Source of the DNA: an uncultured Bacilli bacterium
Lineage (GTDB): Bacteria > Bacillota_I > Bacilli_A > RF39 > UBA660
Reading direction: 5' to 3'
Length of the DNA: 64,000 nucleotides
Assembly (NCBI GenBank): GCA_934096705.1
Contig: CAKOMR010000004.1
Coordinates: 11,245-75,244, forward strand
Positions 19,087-27,720 of this stretch are shown piece by piece; the first letter of the stretch is position 1; every line of letters begins with the position of its first letter. Under the pieces are notes generated by a model, which was given only the letters and a program-made list of their open reading frames with translations, was not told where the DNA came from and made no database searches. The position numbers and the translations under genes are program-made.

Positions 19087-20085
19087 CTACTTTTTCTCAA
19101 TTTCTTTAAGGACATAGTCTAATAATCCATATACTCTTGCATAGTCCATTCTTTTTGGCCCAATTATAGCAATTGTACCTTTTTCTCCACCTGCTTCATA
19201 AGACCTTTTAATAACTGTGGTATTATCATCAACATTTGAGTCAGTACCAATATATACAGTATACTCGTTTGTACCATCATCGCTAGTAACTTTTTTAATA
19301 AAGTCTTTATCCTCAAGTTTATATGCAAGTTTCTTAATAGAGTTTGGATCATTATACTCAGGTTGTTCTAACACTTTTGCTTTACCATTAACTACAACAT
19401 TTGAACTTTCATCAATAAAATCAGTAAATGCATTATAAAATATATTATATATTTTTTCATAATTGATTATTTTACTTGCAATTATTGGCTTTATTTCAAA
19501 TTCAAGTCTTTCTGATACATCTTTAATAGGAGTACCAATAAGCATTTTATTAATTATTTCACATGTCTTAATTAGTTCCTTTATATCAGTTTTTTCATCT
19601 AAAGCAAATTTTTTATTTTCTACAATACCTTTATTTGTACAAACTAGTGCGACAACTTTAAAATCATCAATTGGAATAATATTTACTTGTTTAAGTAAAT
19701 TATCTTCACTTGATGAACCAAGTACTACAGATGCATAATTAGTTAAATCACTAATAATTTCCATACACTTACTAATTGCATCAGTTAATACTAGATCACT
19801 ATTTCTAAATACTTTCTGAAGCTTTAAAATATCTCTACCATTTAACTTTTCTGGTTCCATTAAGTTTTCAACATAATAACGATATCCTTTTTCTGAAGGT
19901 ATTCTTCCTGAAGATATATGATTTTTTTCAATATATCCAAGATTTTCCAAAACAGCCATCTCATTACGTATCGTAGCAGATGAACAATTAAATTTTTGAC
20001 ATAATGATTTACTTCCTACTGGTTTAACTGTTTTAACATAAGTTTCTACAATAACCTTTAGTAGTTGTTCTTGTCTATTATCCAT
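19087..20085 (-). CDS. hrcA: Heat-inducible transcription repressor HrcA
   Basis: N-terminal winged helix VKPVGSKSL...SATIRNEMAVLENLGYI. First gene of the dnaK operon, with CIRCE operators upstream. Confidence 0.9.
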   Translation of the reverse strand: MDNRQEQLLKVIVETYVKTVKPVGSKSLCQKFNCSSATIRNEMAVLENLGYIEKNHISSGRIPSEKGYRYYVENLMEPEKLNGRDILKLQKVFRNSDLVLTDAISKCMEIISDLTNYASVVLGSSSEDNLLKQVNIIPIDDFKVVALVCTNKGIVENKKFALDEKTDIKELIKTCEIINKMLIGTPIKDVSERLEFEIKPIIASKIINYEKIYNIFYNAFTDFIDESSNVVVNGKAKVLEQPEYNDPNSIKKLAYKLEDKDFIKKVTSDDGTNEYTVYIGTDSNVDDNTTVIKRSYEAGGEKGTIAIIGPKRMDYARVYGLLDYVLKEIEKK

Positions 20086-20095
20086 ATTGTCCTTT

Positions 20096-20122
20096 CTAGC
20101 ACTTATTATCCCTAAATGCTAA
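20096..20122 (-). promoter_or_regulatory. CIRCE-like operator 1 (downstream of the -10 box)
   Basis: Minus strand reads TTAGCATTT-agggataat-AAGTGCTAG, against the consensus TTAGCACTC-N9-GAGTGCTAA. Confidence 0.7.
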
Positions 20123-20126
20123 CAAT

Positions 20127-20155
20127 ATTATAATATGCAAATTAGCACTTGTCAA
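20127..20155 (-). promoter_or_regulatory. Consensus sigma-A promoter of the hrcA operon
   Basis: Minus strand: TTGACA (20150-20155), a 17-nt spacer, TATAAT (20127-20132). Confidence 0.75.
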
Positions 20156-20168
20156 TACATTTTGCTAA
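20142..20168 (-). promoter_or_regulatory. CIRCE-like operator 2 (overlapping the -35 box)
   Basis: Minus strand reads TTAGCAAAA-tgtattgac-AAGTGCTAA. Confidence 0.65.
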
Positions 20169-20283
20169 GATATTTTTAAATAAAAATTATGCAAAATATA
20201 TTGCATAATCACTTTAATTTTGATATCAACAAAAATAGGAAGTATTCATTTGATATTATCACTTTTATATGAAGGCGTTCAAA

Positions 20284-20367
20284 ATGACTAAAAAATTTAA
20301 GGATAATCTTTGCCTAATAATCATTTTAATTTTAAGTATCATTATACTGCACTTTTTGTTCAAATAA
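20284..20367 (+). CDS. Possible 27-aa hydrophobic peptide (unverified)
   Basis: MTKKFKDNLCLIIILILSIIILHFLFK. GAAGG lies 8 nt upstream of the ATG, and an extended -10 (TGaTATTAT) sits at 20251-20259. Confidence 0.2.
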   Translation: MTKKFKDNLCLIIILILSIIILHFLFK

Positions 20368-20505
20368 AAAGTGCCTATATTATAACTTAATATAAGCGCT
20401 ATCCACAACATGGTAGCGCTCGCCAAGCAAAAGCGAATGCTTCCTTTTTTAATTTATGTAAGTTTTCCTTAAATATTCATCATAACATAAAAAATATTAA
20501 TAAAC

Positions 20506-20535
20506 AATAAAAAAACATCTAACATTTGTTAGATG
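20506..20535 (-). terminator. Intrinsic terminator after PF-E
   Basis: Stem catctaaca/tgttagatg (20516-20535), followed on the minus strand by a T-run (A-run at 20505-20515 on plus). Confidence 0.75.
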
Positions 20536-20542
20536 TAATTTA

Positions 20543-21496
20543 TTAAGGTTGTACGTCTAGTACTTGAGTATATTCAATATTAGCAACAAATTTCTTTTGA
20601 CCATTTTGAATTTGGTTGTGCATTAAATTTCTAAGTGTTACTCTAGCCATATAATATTCATTAATTTTGCCAATTGCTTTAGATGTAGTTATAGATGTTT
20701 CATCTAATAAAACTTTTGATGACTCATTCGGTTCAGTAGTAATATCAAATGAATCTTGAAGAACATAACATCTACTTGTACTATCATCATAATAATCAGT
20801 TACCCAACTACTACCATCTAAATCATCACAAGTACTTTTTGTTGTTGCTGAAGAAACAAGTTTTCTACTAGAGTCATAACATTTTCCAGTATTACAATTG
20901 TCTTTTGTAACAGAAGTATCAGCTTTATAAAAATCTAATACAAGTTCAGCAACTTTTTCTGTAGTCCAAATATAAGTATTACTTGCAGTACAAGAGTATA
21001 AATCAGTATTTGAATTTGGTGTTCCTTTTGGATAACATGCGTAATTAATTCCATCAGTTGTTGCCCAAATATTTCCTTCACCACATTCACTTTCACCAAG
21101 TTCATTTGGAGTAGTTTTTGAATAACATACACCAGATGTATATTCCATATTGTTTTCAGAAACATTTAAAGCAATTTTATACTTTCTTGTAACTTCACTT
21201 TCTGATGATGTTTGATATGTAATACTTCCTTTTGTTTCTGATGAAAGATCTTCTTTATTTTGAGCTTGTTCTTGTCCAAAATTTTCTTCAGTAGCTAAAA
21301 TATCAATTTCACTACCAGCGTCAATTAAAAATAAATCACTTGACACATTTGTTGTAACGTTAATATTACTTTGACCCTTTCCATCAATACGGCTTGCTAA
21401 ATATGCAAATGTTGCTCCTACTACGACAACAAGCATAGTAACAATTGCGATTACTGTAAGAAGAACTACATTATTTTTATTTGATTCCTCGTTCAT
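20543..21496 (-). CDS. PF-E: Cys-rich secreted protein with a SipW-type signal peptide (short family member)
   Basis: N-terminus MNEESNKNNVVLLTVIAIVTMLVVVVGATFAYLASR. Ten Cys in the mature part. It lacks the shared C-terminal module. Confidence 0.65.
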   Translation of the reverse strand: MNEESNKNNVVLLTVIAIVTMLVVVVGATFAYLASRIDGKGQSNINVTTNVSSDLFLIDAGSEIDILATEENFGQEQAQNKEDLSSETKGSITYQTSSESEVTRKYKIALNVSENNMEYTSGVCYSKTTPNELGESECGEGNIWATTDGINYACYPKGTPNSNTDLYSCTASNTYIWTTEKVAELVLDFYKADTSVTKDNCNTGKCYDSSRKLVSSATTKSTCDDLDGSSWVTDYYDDSTSRCYVLQDSFDITTEPNESSKVLLDETSITTSKAIGKINEYYMARVTLRNLMHNQIQNGQKKFVANIEYTQVLDVQP

Positions 21497-21627
21497 TTTA
21501 ATCTCCCTTCTATTATCAGATTTATCATATAATATTTTTACATTTTAGTCAATAAATTAAAAAATATTTTTAAAAAATTATACATTTTTTTATAATAATT
21601 TGATATTATTTTATTAGGGTGAAAAGT

Positions 21628-21960
21628 ATGATACTAAAAATTAATAATGATGAATATATAAAAGTTTATGAAGCTAAAACTTTCTTTAAAAAACTAATGG
21701 GCTACATGGGTAAAACAAACATTAAACATGCCCTTTTATTTAAAAGGACAAATAGTATACACACTTTTTTCATGAAAGAAAATATTGATGTTGTAGCAAT
21801 TGATAAACATGATGTTGTTATTTTTAAAGCATTAAATATTCCTAAAAATAAAATAGTTACAGTTAATAATAAAATAAAAAATACAAGCATTATAGAAATG
21901 CCTGCATTTAAAGCTAAAAAACTTGTTATCGGGGAAAAACTAACCTTTATAAGTAAATAA
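21628..21960 (+). CDS. DUF192-family protein
   Basis: The pattern FFKKLMGYMGK....ALLFKRTNSIHTFFMKENIDVVAID is typical of DUF192. I prefer the ATG at 21628 (AGGGTG 7 nt upstream) to the GTG at 21619 used in the ORF track. Confidence 0.5.
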   Translation: MILKINNDEYIKVYEAKTFFKKLMGYMGKTNIKHALLFKRTNSIHTFFMKENIDVVAIDKHDVVIFKALNIPKNKIVTVNNKIKNTSIIEMPAFKAKKLVIGEKLTFISK

Positions 21961-23214
21961 ATAATCATTAATGGCAACATCATCGCCACTTTTTGCGCCT
22001 AGAGATGCAAGTTCATCTTCAACGCCCATTGCTTTTAAAATTCTGGCAAAGCGCATTGCACCTTCGTCTTCTTCAAATTTTGTCATTTTAAATATTCTTT
22101 CGATTTCTTTGCCTCTAATTACCCATATATCATCTTCTTTTGTAATGGTATATGGTTTTTCTTTTTTAAATTTAATATATACTTCTTCTTCAAACTCATT
22201 TTCATCAAAAAGATTTTCTTCTTGAGCTGTTTCTAAAACCTTACCAATATTATTTAAAAGTTCGTTTACCCCACTCATTGTTAGTGAGCAAATTGGATAT
22301 ACTAAAATATTTGGATAAGCCTTTTTAAATTTTTCTAAATTATCTTTAGAATCAGGCATATCCATTTTACTTGCAGCAACAATTTCTATTTTATTTGCAA
22401 GTTTCTTTGAATACTTTTCAATTTCGTTTCTTATAACTTTATAATCATTTATTGGGTCATTTCCCTCTAAAGAAGACATATTTACCATATGAAGTAAAAT
22501 TTTACATCTATCGGCATGTCTTAAAAATTTAATTCCAAGACCCACGCCTTCACTTGCTCCTTCAATTAATCCAGGAAGATCTGCTACTACAAATGATGAA
22601 GATTCATTTAATTTAACAACTCCTAAATTCGGAGATAAAGTAGTAAAGTGATAACTAGCAATTTTAGGCTTTGCACTACTAATAACTGATAAAAATGTAC
22701 TTTTTCCAGCACTTGGTAGTCCTACAATACCAACATCTGCTAAAACTTTAAGTTCACATCTTAAATATCTAATTTCTCCTTCTTCGCCATTTTCGGAAAA
22801 TTTTGGGGCTGGGTTTTCATGAGTAGCAAAAGCTCTGTTTCCTCTTCCACCTCTTCCGCCATGGGCTACTATAACACTTTGACCATCTTTTGTAATATCA
22901 CACACAACTAAAGAAGTATCATCATCATAAATAATTGTTCCTAGTGGCACTTTAATAATAACATCTTCACTATTTTTGCCATAACGATTAGAACCCATAC
23001 CATTTTCGCCTTTAGAGCCTTTAATTATTTTTTTATATTTTAAATCTACTAAAGTTTTAAGTGATTTGTCACCTACAAAAACAATATTACTGCCTCTTCC
23101 ACCATTTCCACCATCAGGGCCACCCATAGGTACAAATTTTTCTCTTCTAAAAGAAGTACAACCACTTCCACCATTACCAGCAATTAATTTAATTTTTACT
23201 TCATCAACAAACAT
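21940..23214 (-). CDS. obg: GTPase Obg/CgtA
   Basis: Obg fold FVDEVKIKLIAGNGGSGCTSFRREKF..GGPDGGNGGRG, G1 motif GLPSAGKST, and a C-terminal OCT-type domain. Confidence 0.95.
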   Translation of the reverse strand: MFVDEVKIKLIAGNGGSGCTSFRREKFVPMGGPDGGNGGRGSNIVFVGDKSLKTLVDLKYKKIIKGSKGENGMGSNRYGKNSEDVIIKVPLGTIIYDDDTSLVVCDITKDGQSVIVAHGGRGGRGNRAFATHENPAPKFSENGEEGEIRYLRCELKVLADVGIVGLPSAGKSTFLSVISSAKPKIASYHFTTLSPNLGVVKLNESSSFVVADLPGLIEGASEGVGLGIKFLRHADRCKILLHMVNMSSLEGNDPINDYKVIRNEIEKYSKKLANKIEIVAASKMDMPDSKDNLEKFKKAYPNILVYPICSLTMSGVNELLNNIGKVLETAQEENLFDENEFEEEVYIKFKKEKPYTITKEDDIWVIRGKEIERIFKMTKFEEDEGAMRFARILKAMGVEDELASLGAKSGDDVAINDYLFTYKG

Positions 23215-23237
23215 AAATATTTCCCTTTCTCTTGATT

Positions 23238-23260
23238 TAAAAAAAATGCCCTAAGGCATT
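23238..23260 (-). terminator. Intrinsic terminator after rpmA
   Basis: Stem aatgcc/ggcatt (23245-23260) followed on the minus strand by T7. Confidence 0.8.
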
Positions 23261-23549
23261 ATTTTTCATAAACAGATACTTTTTTCTTATCTTTACCCAT
23301 TCTTTCATACTTAACAACGCCACTAATTTTAGCAAATAAAGTATGATCTTTACCCATTCCAACATTATTTCCTGGATAAATTTTAGTTCCTCTTTGACGG
23401 TAAATGATACTTCCTGCATTACAAGTTTGTCCATCAGAAAGTTTAGCACCTAATCTACGACCTGCAGAATCACGATTGTTCTTAGTAGAACCTTGAGCCT
23501 TAACGTGAGCAAATCTTTGAATGTTTAAACTTATTATTAACATAATCAA
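23259..23549 (-). CDS. rpmA: 50S ribosomal protein L27 with an N-terminal propeptide
   Basis: [17 protein letters not shown] core. The Firmicute-type N-terminal extension ...[12 protein letters not shown] is the type cleaved by Prp. Confidence 0.9.
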   Translation of the reverse strand: MIMLIISLNIQRFAHVKAQGSTKNNRDSAGRRLGAKLSDGQTCNAGSIIYRQRGTKIYPGNNVGMGKDHTLFAKISGVVKYERMGKDKKKVSVYEK

Positions 23550-23562
23550 TTCTCCTTTACTA

Positions 23563-23859
23563 TTATTTTTTATTAATTACCTCAATATTTTTTGGATAAT
23601 CTTTTGCTAAAGATTTTAAAAGTTCTAACATATTAGTAATTAATTTTGTTGTAATATCATCAGATGAAAGAATTAATATTTCCATATATTCATCATTATC
23701 TGAAAACTTAATGCTTTTATCGTTGATACTATAAAGACCATTAACAGTCGTATATATTATGCTAGATACGCTAGCACAAACTATATCTTTTCCAAAAGTA
23801 TCAAACCCAGCATGACCATAAATTTTTATACAGTTGCCATTTTTAATAACTTTTATCAT
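23563..23859 (-). CDS. prp: Ribosomal-processing cysteine protease Prp (YsxB)
   Basis: [18 protein letters not shown] motif. Located between rplU and rpmA. Confidence 0.8.
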   Translation of the reverse strand: MIKVIKNGNCIKIYGHAGFDTFGKDIVCASVSSIIYTTVNGLYSINDKSIKFSDNDEYMEILILSSDDITTKLITNMLELLKSLAKDYPKNIEVINKK

Positions 23860-23861
23860 AA

Positions 23862-24161
23862 TTAACCATTAATTTTTTTGATTTCAACTAAAGTATAAGC
23901 TTGTCTATGGCCTTGAGTCTTTCTGAATTTCTTTTTAGGGCGATAATGGAATACTTTTATTTTCTTTCCGCGACCATTTTTAATAACTTCAGCCTCTACA
24001 GTAGCTCCTTTAACAAATGGACTTCCTACTTTACCATCTACGAATAGTACTTCATCGAAAACAACTTTTTGACCAGCTTCAGCATCTAATTTTTCAATAT
24101 AAATGCGACTTCCTGATTCTACATAATATTGTTTTCCACCAGTTTTAATTATAGCTTTCAT
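23862..24161 (-). CDS. rplU: 50S ribosomal protein L21
   Basis: [14 protein letters not shown] start, [17 protein letters not shown], 99 aa. Confidence 0.92.
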   Translation of the reverse strand: MKAIIKTGGKQYYVESGSRIYIEKLDAEAGQKVVFDEVLFVDGKVGSPFVKGATVEAEVIKNGRGKKIKVFHYRPKKKFRKTQGHRQAYTLVEIKKING

Positions 24162-24272
24162 TTCTTTTCCTCCTTTTAATAAGTCACACCTTTAAGGTAA
24201 GTAAATACTTTTTTAAAACCTTTTTAGAGTGGATGAAATGACTTAAAACAATAAGATTTTACCAAAATATAC
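24162..24272 (-). ncRNA. Possible L21 ribosomal-protein leader
   Basis: A 110-nt untranslated spacer before rplU with nested pairings AAGUCA/UGACUU and AAGGU/ACCUU. Firmicute rplU operons are known to carry such a leader. I cannot confirm the consensus by eye. Confidence 0.25.
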
Positions 24273-25001
24273 TTACTTTGTCAACAATTGCTTCCTTAAA
24301 TATTCTCTATCAGAAATAATTTTATCATGCATAAAATAATAGTATTTTACGTTTTTATAAAACTTATTACTAAACCCATTAATTTGTTTAACTCTTTTAT
24401 ATTTTATATTATAAAAAATCTTTTCTAAAATAAACTTTTCATAAAATATATTTTTATTTTTAACTACTTCAATAGTTTTATAAATAAGCAAAATTATAAT
24501 CATATAATTATTTAAACTATATTTAAAATTTAATATAAAATATAAAACAATAAATATAAATGACGTAAGATAATATAGTTTAATGGACTTTTTATAGTTA
24601 AAAAAATAAGCATATATTTCAAATACTATTTTTGATCCATCAAGGGGTATTATAGGAAGTAAATTAAATAATATTAAATAAAGATTAATTTTAATAAATT
24701 CAGGGTTTTTAAATATTAAGAATAAAATGCTTTGAAAAACCACTCCCATAATAGCAATTAAAAAGTCAACTAAAAATCTCTCATTTAAAAGTTTATCTAT
24801 TTTGCTAACTCCTCCGAAAGGAAAAATTTCAATAGAAATAATTTTACATTTAAAAAGTGTTGCAATAAATATATGGCCTAGTTCATGAAATAAAATAATT
24901 AAAAAAATAATTATTCCCTTTTTTATATAACCACATAAAAAAAGAATAAATAAAAAATACCATGTTAAATAATTAATTTTTATCTTGAATATATTCTTCA
25001 T
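24273..25001 (-). CDS. spoIVFB: Site-2 (M50) metalloprotease, SpoIVFB-like
   Basis: Polytopic membrane protein with HELGH in a TM helix and LLPIIPLDGSK. Sits upstream of rplU, as in B. subtilis. Confidence 0.6.
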   Translation of the reverse strand: MKNIFKIKINYLTWYFLFILFLCGYIKKGIIIFLIILFHELGHIFIATLFKCKIISIEIFPFGGVSKIDKLLNERFLVDFLIAIMGVVFQSILFLIFKNPEFIKINLYLILFNLLPIIPLDGSKIVFEIYAYFFNYKKSIKLYYLTSFIFIVLYFILNFKYSLNNYMIIILLIYKTIEVVKNKNIFYEKFILEKIFYNIKYKRVKQINGFSNKFYKNVKYYYFMHDKIISDREYLRKQLLTK

Positions 25002-25557
25002 AAGTATAATATTTATTATCTTTAGTAATTACTAAATAAAGATTTTCTAAAGATGATCCAATTAGACTATTTTCACTTACATAATCATATATTTTAACAT
25101 TTACGTTTTCTAAATTACCATACCAAATATCAAAGCCATCACTGCCTTGTATAATAACCGTATTTCCATATCCTTCTTTAGCACCAGAAAATATTACTAC
25201 ACCACCAGTTAAAGCTGGAACACTTTGATTTGCATTTTTTATTTTAATACCATTTAAATAAGGCGCGCTTTCACTATAGTTAATTTCATTAAACATAGTT
25301 TGCGTTTTATTTTCACCTAAAACGGAACCAAAATATTTTTCATAAAATTTATTAAAAGAAGAAAACTTAAACGTCTCACCAAAAACATATTTTTTATATA
25401 ACTCTTTATTTTTATCACTAATTTTTACAAAAATTAAACTAATAATTAAAATTACTAAAGATATCAAAATTCGGTTTATAAAATTTTTAAAATATTTTTT
25501 AGATTTATTATCCTCGTTTAAATAATCATTTAAAATTTCATAATCATTATTTTCCAT
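24973..25557 (-). CDS. SpoIVFA-like membrane protein with a degenerate M23/LytM domain
   Basis: Single TM helix, then GGVVIFSGAKEGYGNTVIIQGSDGFDIWYGNL (LytM-like). Its position matches B. subtilis spoIVFA. Confidence 0.45.
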   Translation of the reverse strand: MENNDYEILNDYLNEDNKSKKYFKNFINRILISLVILIISLIFVKISDKNKELYKKYVFGETFKFSSFNKFYEKYFGSVLGENKTQTMFNEINYSESAPYLNGIKIKNANQSVPALTGGVVIFSGAKEGYGNTVIIQGSDGFDIWYGNLENVNVKIYDYVSENSLIGSSLENLYLVITKDNKYYTYEEYIQDKN

Positions 25558-25559
25558 AC

Positions 25560-25895
25560 TTAATTATATGAATTTTTATAAAGCATAATACTTGTTAATT
25601 GTAAAATTATGCTATTTTTAAGTAAATGAAAAAAACTTACATTAAATATGAGGCTAAGTAAAAACAAAAAAACTATATAATTAATCACATTTTTTAAATA
25701 ATAGGGTTTTATAAATTTATCTAAAAAATATAAAATAAGTAAAATTAGAGTAATTATAAAGTAGGTATTTAAAAATAGATTATCAATTAATAAGCCTATA
25801 AAAATAATAAAATAAATATTTTTTTTATTTAAATAATTTAAAAAGAAAAAGCTATAATAGCTTGTATAATTATAAGTAATAATATCAAGTATCAT
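25560..25895 (-). CDS. mreD: Rod-shape protein MreD-like small polytopic membrane protein
   Basis: 111 aa, all hydrophobic helices, directly after the mreC-like gene. Confidence 0.4.
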   Translation of the reverse strand: MILDIITYNYTSYYSFFFLNYLNKKNIYFIIFIGLLIDNLFLNTYFIITLILLILYFLDKFIKPYYLKNVINYIVFLFLLSLIFNVSFFHLLKNSIILQLTSIMLYKNSYN

Positions 25896-26518
25896 AAATT
25901 ATCCTTTGATAAAATAACTACATAATTATTATCCATATTTTTAGTTTTTATAATATAATTATTTTCTAAAGTACTTGGGTTAATTTCATTTTTAATAATT
26001 TTTCCAATAATAATATTTTCGTTATAACCCATAAGGTTAGATACATATATGGTGCTTCCTATTTCATATTTATTATAAGTTTTAAATGATAAAATATTTT
26101 TATTATTTTCTAAAATAACATATTCATCATTTATTTTCCCCTGAATTATAAAATCACTATTATTAATATTTTCGATAATAGCAAATCCCTTAAATACTTT
26201 TTTAACTTTACCAATAAGATAGTTTCCATTTAAGACTAGATCCCCTACTTTTACTAAAGATGTATCACAGATTACTTTCGTTTCATTTTTTACATAATAA
26301 ATGTTTCTATTAAAAATTTTTCCATAGGTAAAAGCATCTTTATATTCAAAATTTTTTACTAAAGAAATATTTTCAATTTCTTTTTCTAAAGATAAAGAGT
26401 ACATTGATTCATAATTTATTTTCTCATTATTTTTAAATAAACTAAAAATAAAATTCTTTGATAAAAGAAGTGCAAATAAAAGAAAAAAAAGATAACTATT
26501 TTTAATAAAACTTTTCAC
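25892..26518 (-). CDS. mreC: Rod-shape protein MreC-like
   Basis: N-terminal anchor, then beta-rich repeats VKVGDLVLNGNYLIGKVKKV and STIYVSNLMGYNENIIIGKI, as in the MreC pattern GLVG.V / TSG..g.fP.Gi.iG. Confidence 0.5.
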   Translation of the reverse strand: MKSFIKNSYLFFLLFALLLSKNFIFSLFKNNEKINYESMYSLSLEKEIENISLVKNFEYKDAFTYGKIFNRNIYYVKNETKVICDTSLVKVGDLVLNGNYLIGKVKKVFKGFAIIENINNSDFIIQGKINDEYVILENNKNILSFKTYNKYEIGSTIYVSNLMGYNENIIIGKIIKNEINPSTLENNYIIKTKNMDNNYVVILSKDNL

Positions 26519-26547
26519 ATTTTTATTATTTACTAGTTACCTTTTTA

Positions 26548-27573
26548 TTATTCACAAATATTATCATTTATTTTATAGTTTTTATTTACAAAAATAGTTT
26601 TTTCATTTGCACATCTTACGATATTAAAAGAATCAAAATTATAAATTCTATCCATAGATTCATTTTGTTTATATTCTTTTCCACTTACCATATTATCAAT
26701 GCTTTCTCTTTTATCAGATAAAATATAGTTTAAATCGTAAATATTATTGCTATCATATTTATAATAAATATTTTCTATTCCTAAATAATATATATTATTT
26801 TGCATATTACTAAGCTCTTTAGAATTATTATTATTTACCATTATTTCATATTCATCATATAGATGGTTATCAATAATTTTTACATTTGTTAAATAAATGA
26901 TTTCTGTATTTTCTTCGGTAGTAAAAGAACTTACTAAACCAATTACTTCGATTTCATCAAAAATATAGTATTTCGAAGGGTCTACCTTAATATCCTTTAT
27001 AACAACTTTTTTATTATCGATAAAACTTACATAACCATTTATACCAATATTTCCTTCATAAGGACTAATTTCAATAGAATTATCACCAATAATTTTACTT
27101 ATTTTTCCTTTTAAATGAACAAACTTATTTTTTTCTTTACTATATACTAATGAAGCATTGCTTTCTAAAAAATCATTTATGTTTGTAAGAGGAACATCAT
27201 TATTATCACAAGCATAATTTTTTTTATATTTTTTATCTAAAACTAAAGATTTATCGCACTTATAAACTCTATATAAAAGGCTATTATAAGTACTTACTTT
27301 ATCAGAGGATTTATATTCAATTGCCATAACAGGAACCTTTTTAATCGTTATAAAAGAATAATAATCAATCAAGTAAGTAAAAGCAAAAATCATAATTGGG
27401 AAAAGCATAACTTTATATATTTTATTATCCGTATTAGCAATTAAACCTATAGAGGTTAAAATAATTCCAATAAGAACCGCAATAAGTTTAAAGACGGAAT
27501 AGATTTTTATAAAAAATGGTACAAAGATAAAAAGTACTCCCAAAACAATAAAATAAATATTTTCTTTCTTCAT
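26548..27573 (-). CDS. Hypothetical membrane protein (3 N-terminal TM helices plus a Cys-containing extracytoplasmic domain)
   Basis: Long ORF of 341 aa. I recognise no motif. It occupies the slot where mreB usually precedes mreC. Confidence 0.5.
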   Translation of the reverse strand: MKKENIYFIVLGVLFIFVPFFIKIYSVFKLIAVLIGIILTSIGLIANTDNKIYKVMLFPIMIFAFTYLIDYYSFITIKKVPVMAIEYKSSDKVSTYNSLLYRVYKCDKSLVLDKKYKKNYACDNNDVPLTNINDFLESNASLVYSKEKNKFVHLKGKISKIIGDNSIEISPYEGNIGINGYVSFIDNKKVVIKDIKVDPSKYYIFDEIEVIGLVSSFTTEENTEIIYLTNVKIIDNHLYDEYEIMVNNNNSKELSNMQNNIYYLGIENIYYKYDSNNIYDLNYILSDKRESIDNMVSGKEYKQNESMDRIYNFDSFNIVRCANEKTIFVNKNYKINDNICE

Positions 27574-27720
27574 TTTTACATCAACCTACTTCCATTATTA
27601 GTATACAATATTTTGTTATTATTAGCCATAATTTTTTTGTGAAAATTTATTTTTTTAAGTTGTTTATTAAATAAAAATATTATATAATTATTTATAGTAA
27701 AGGGCTAGTGTGATAAGACT

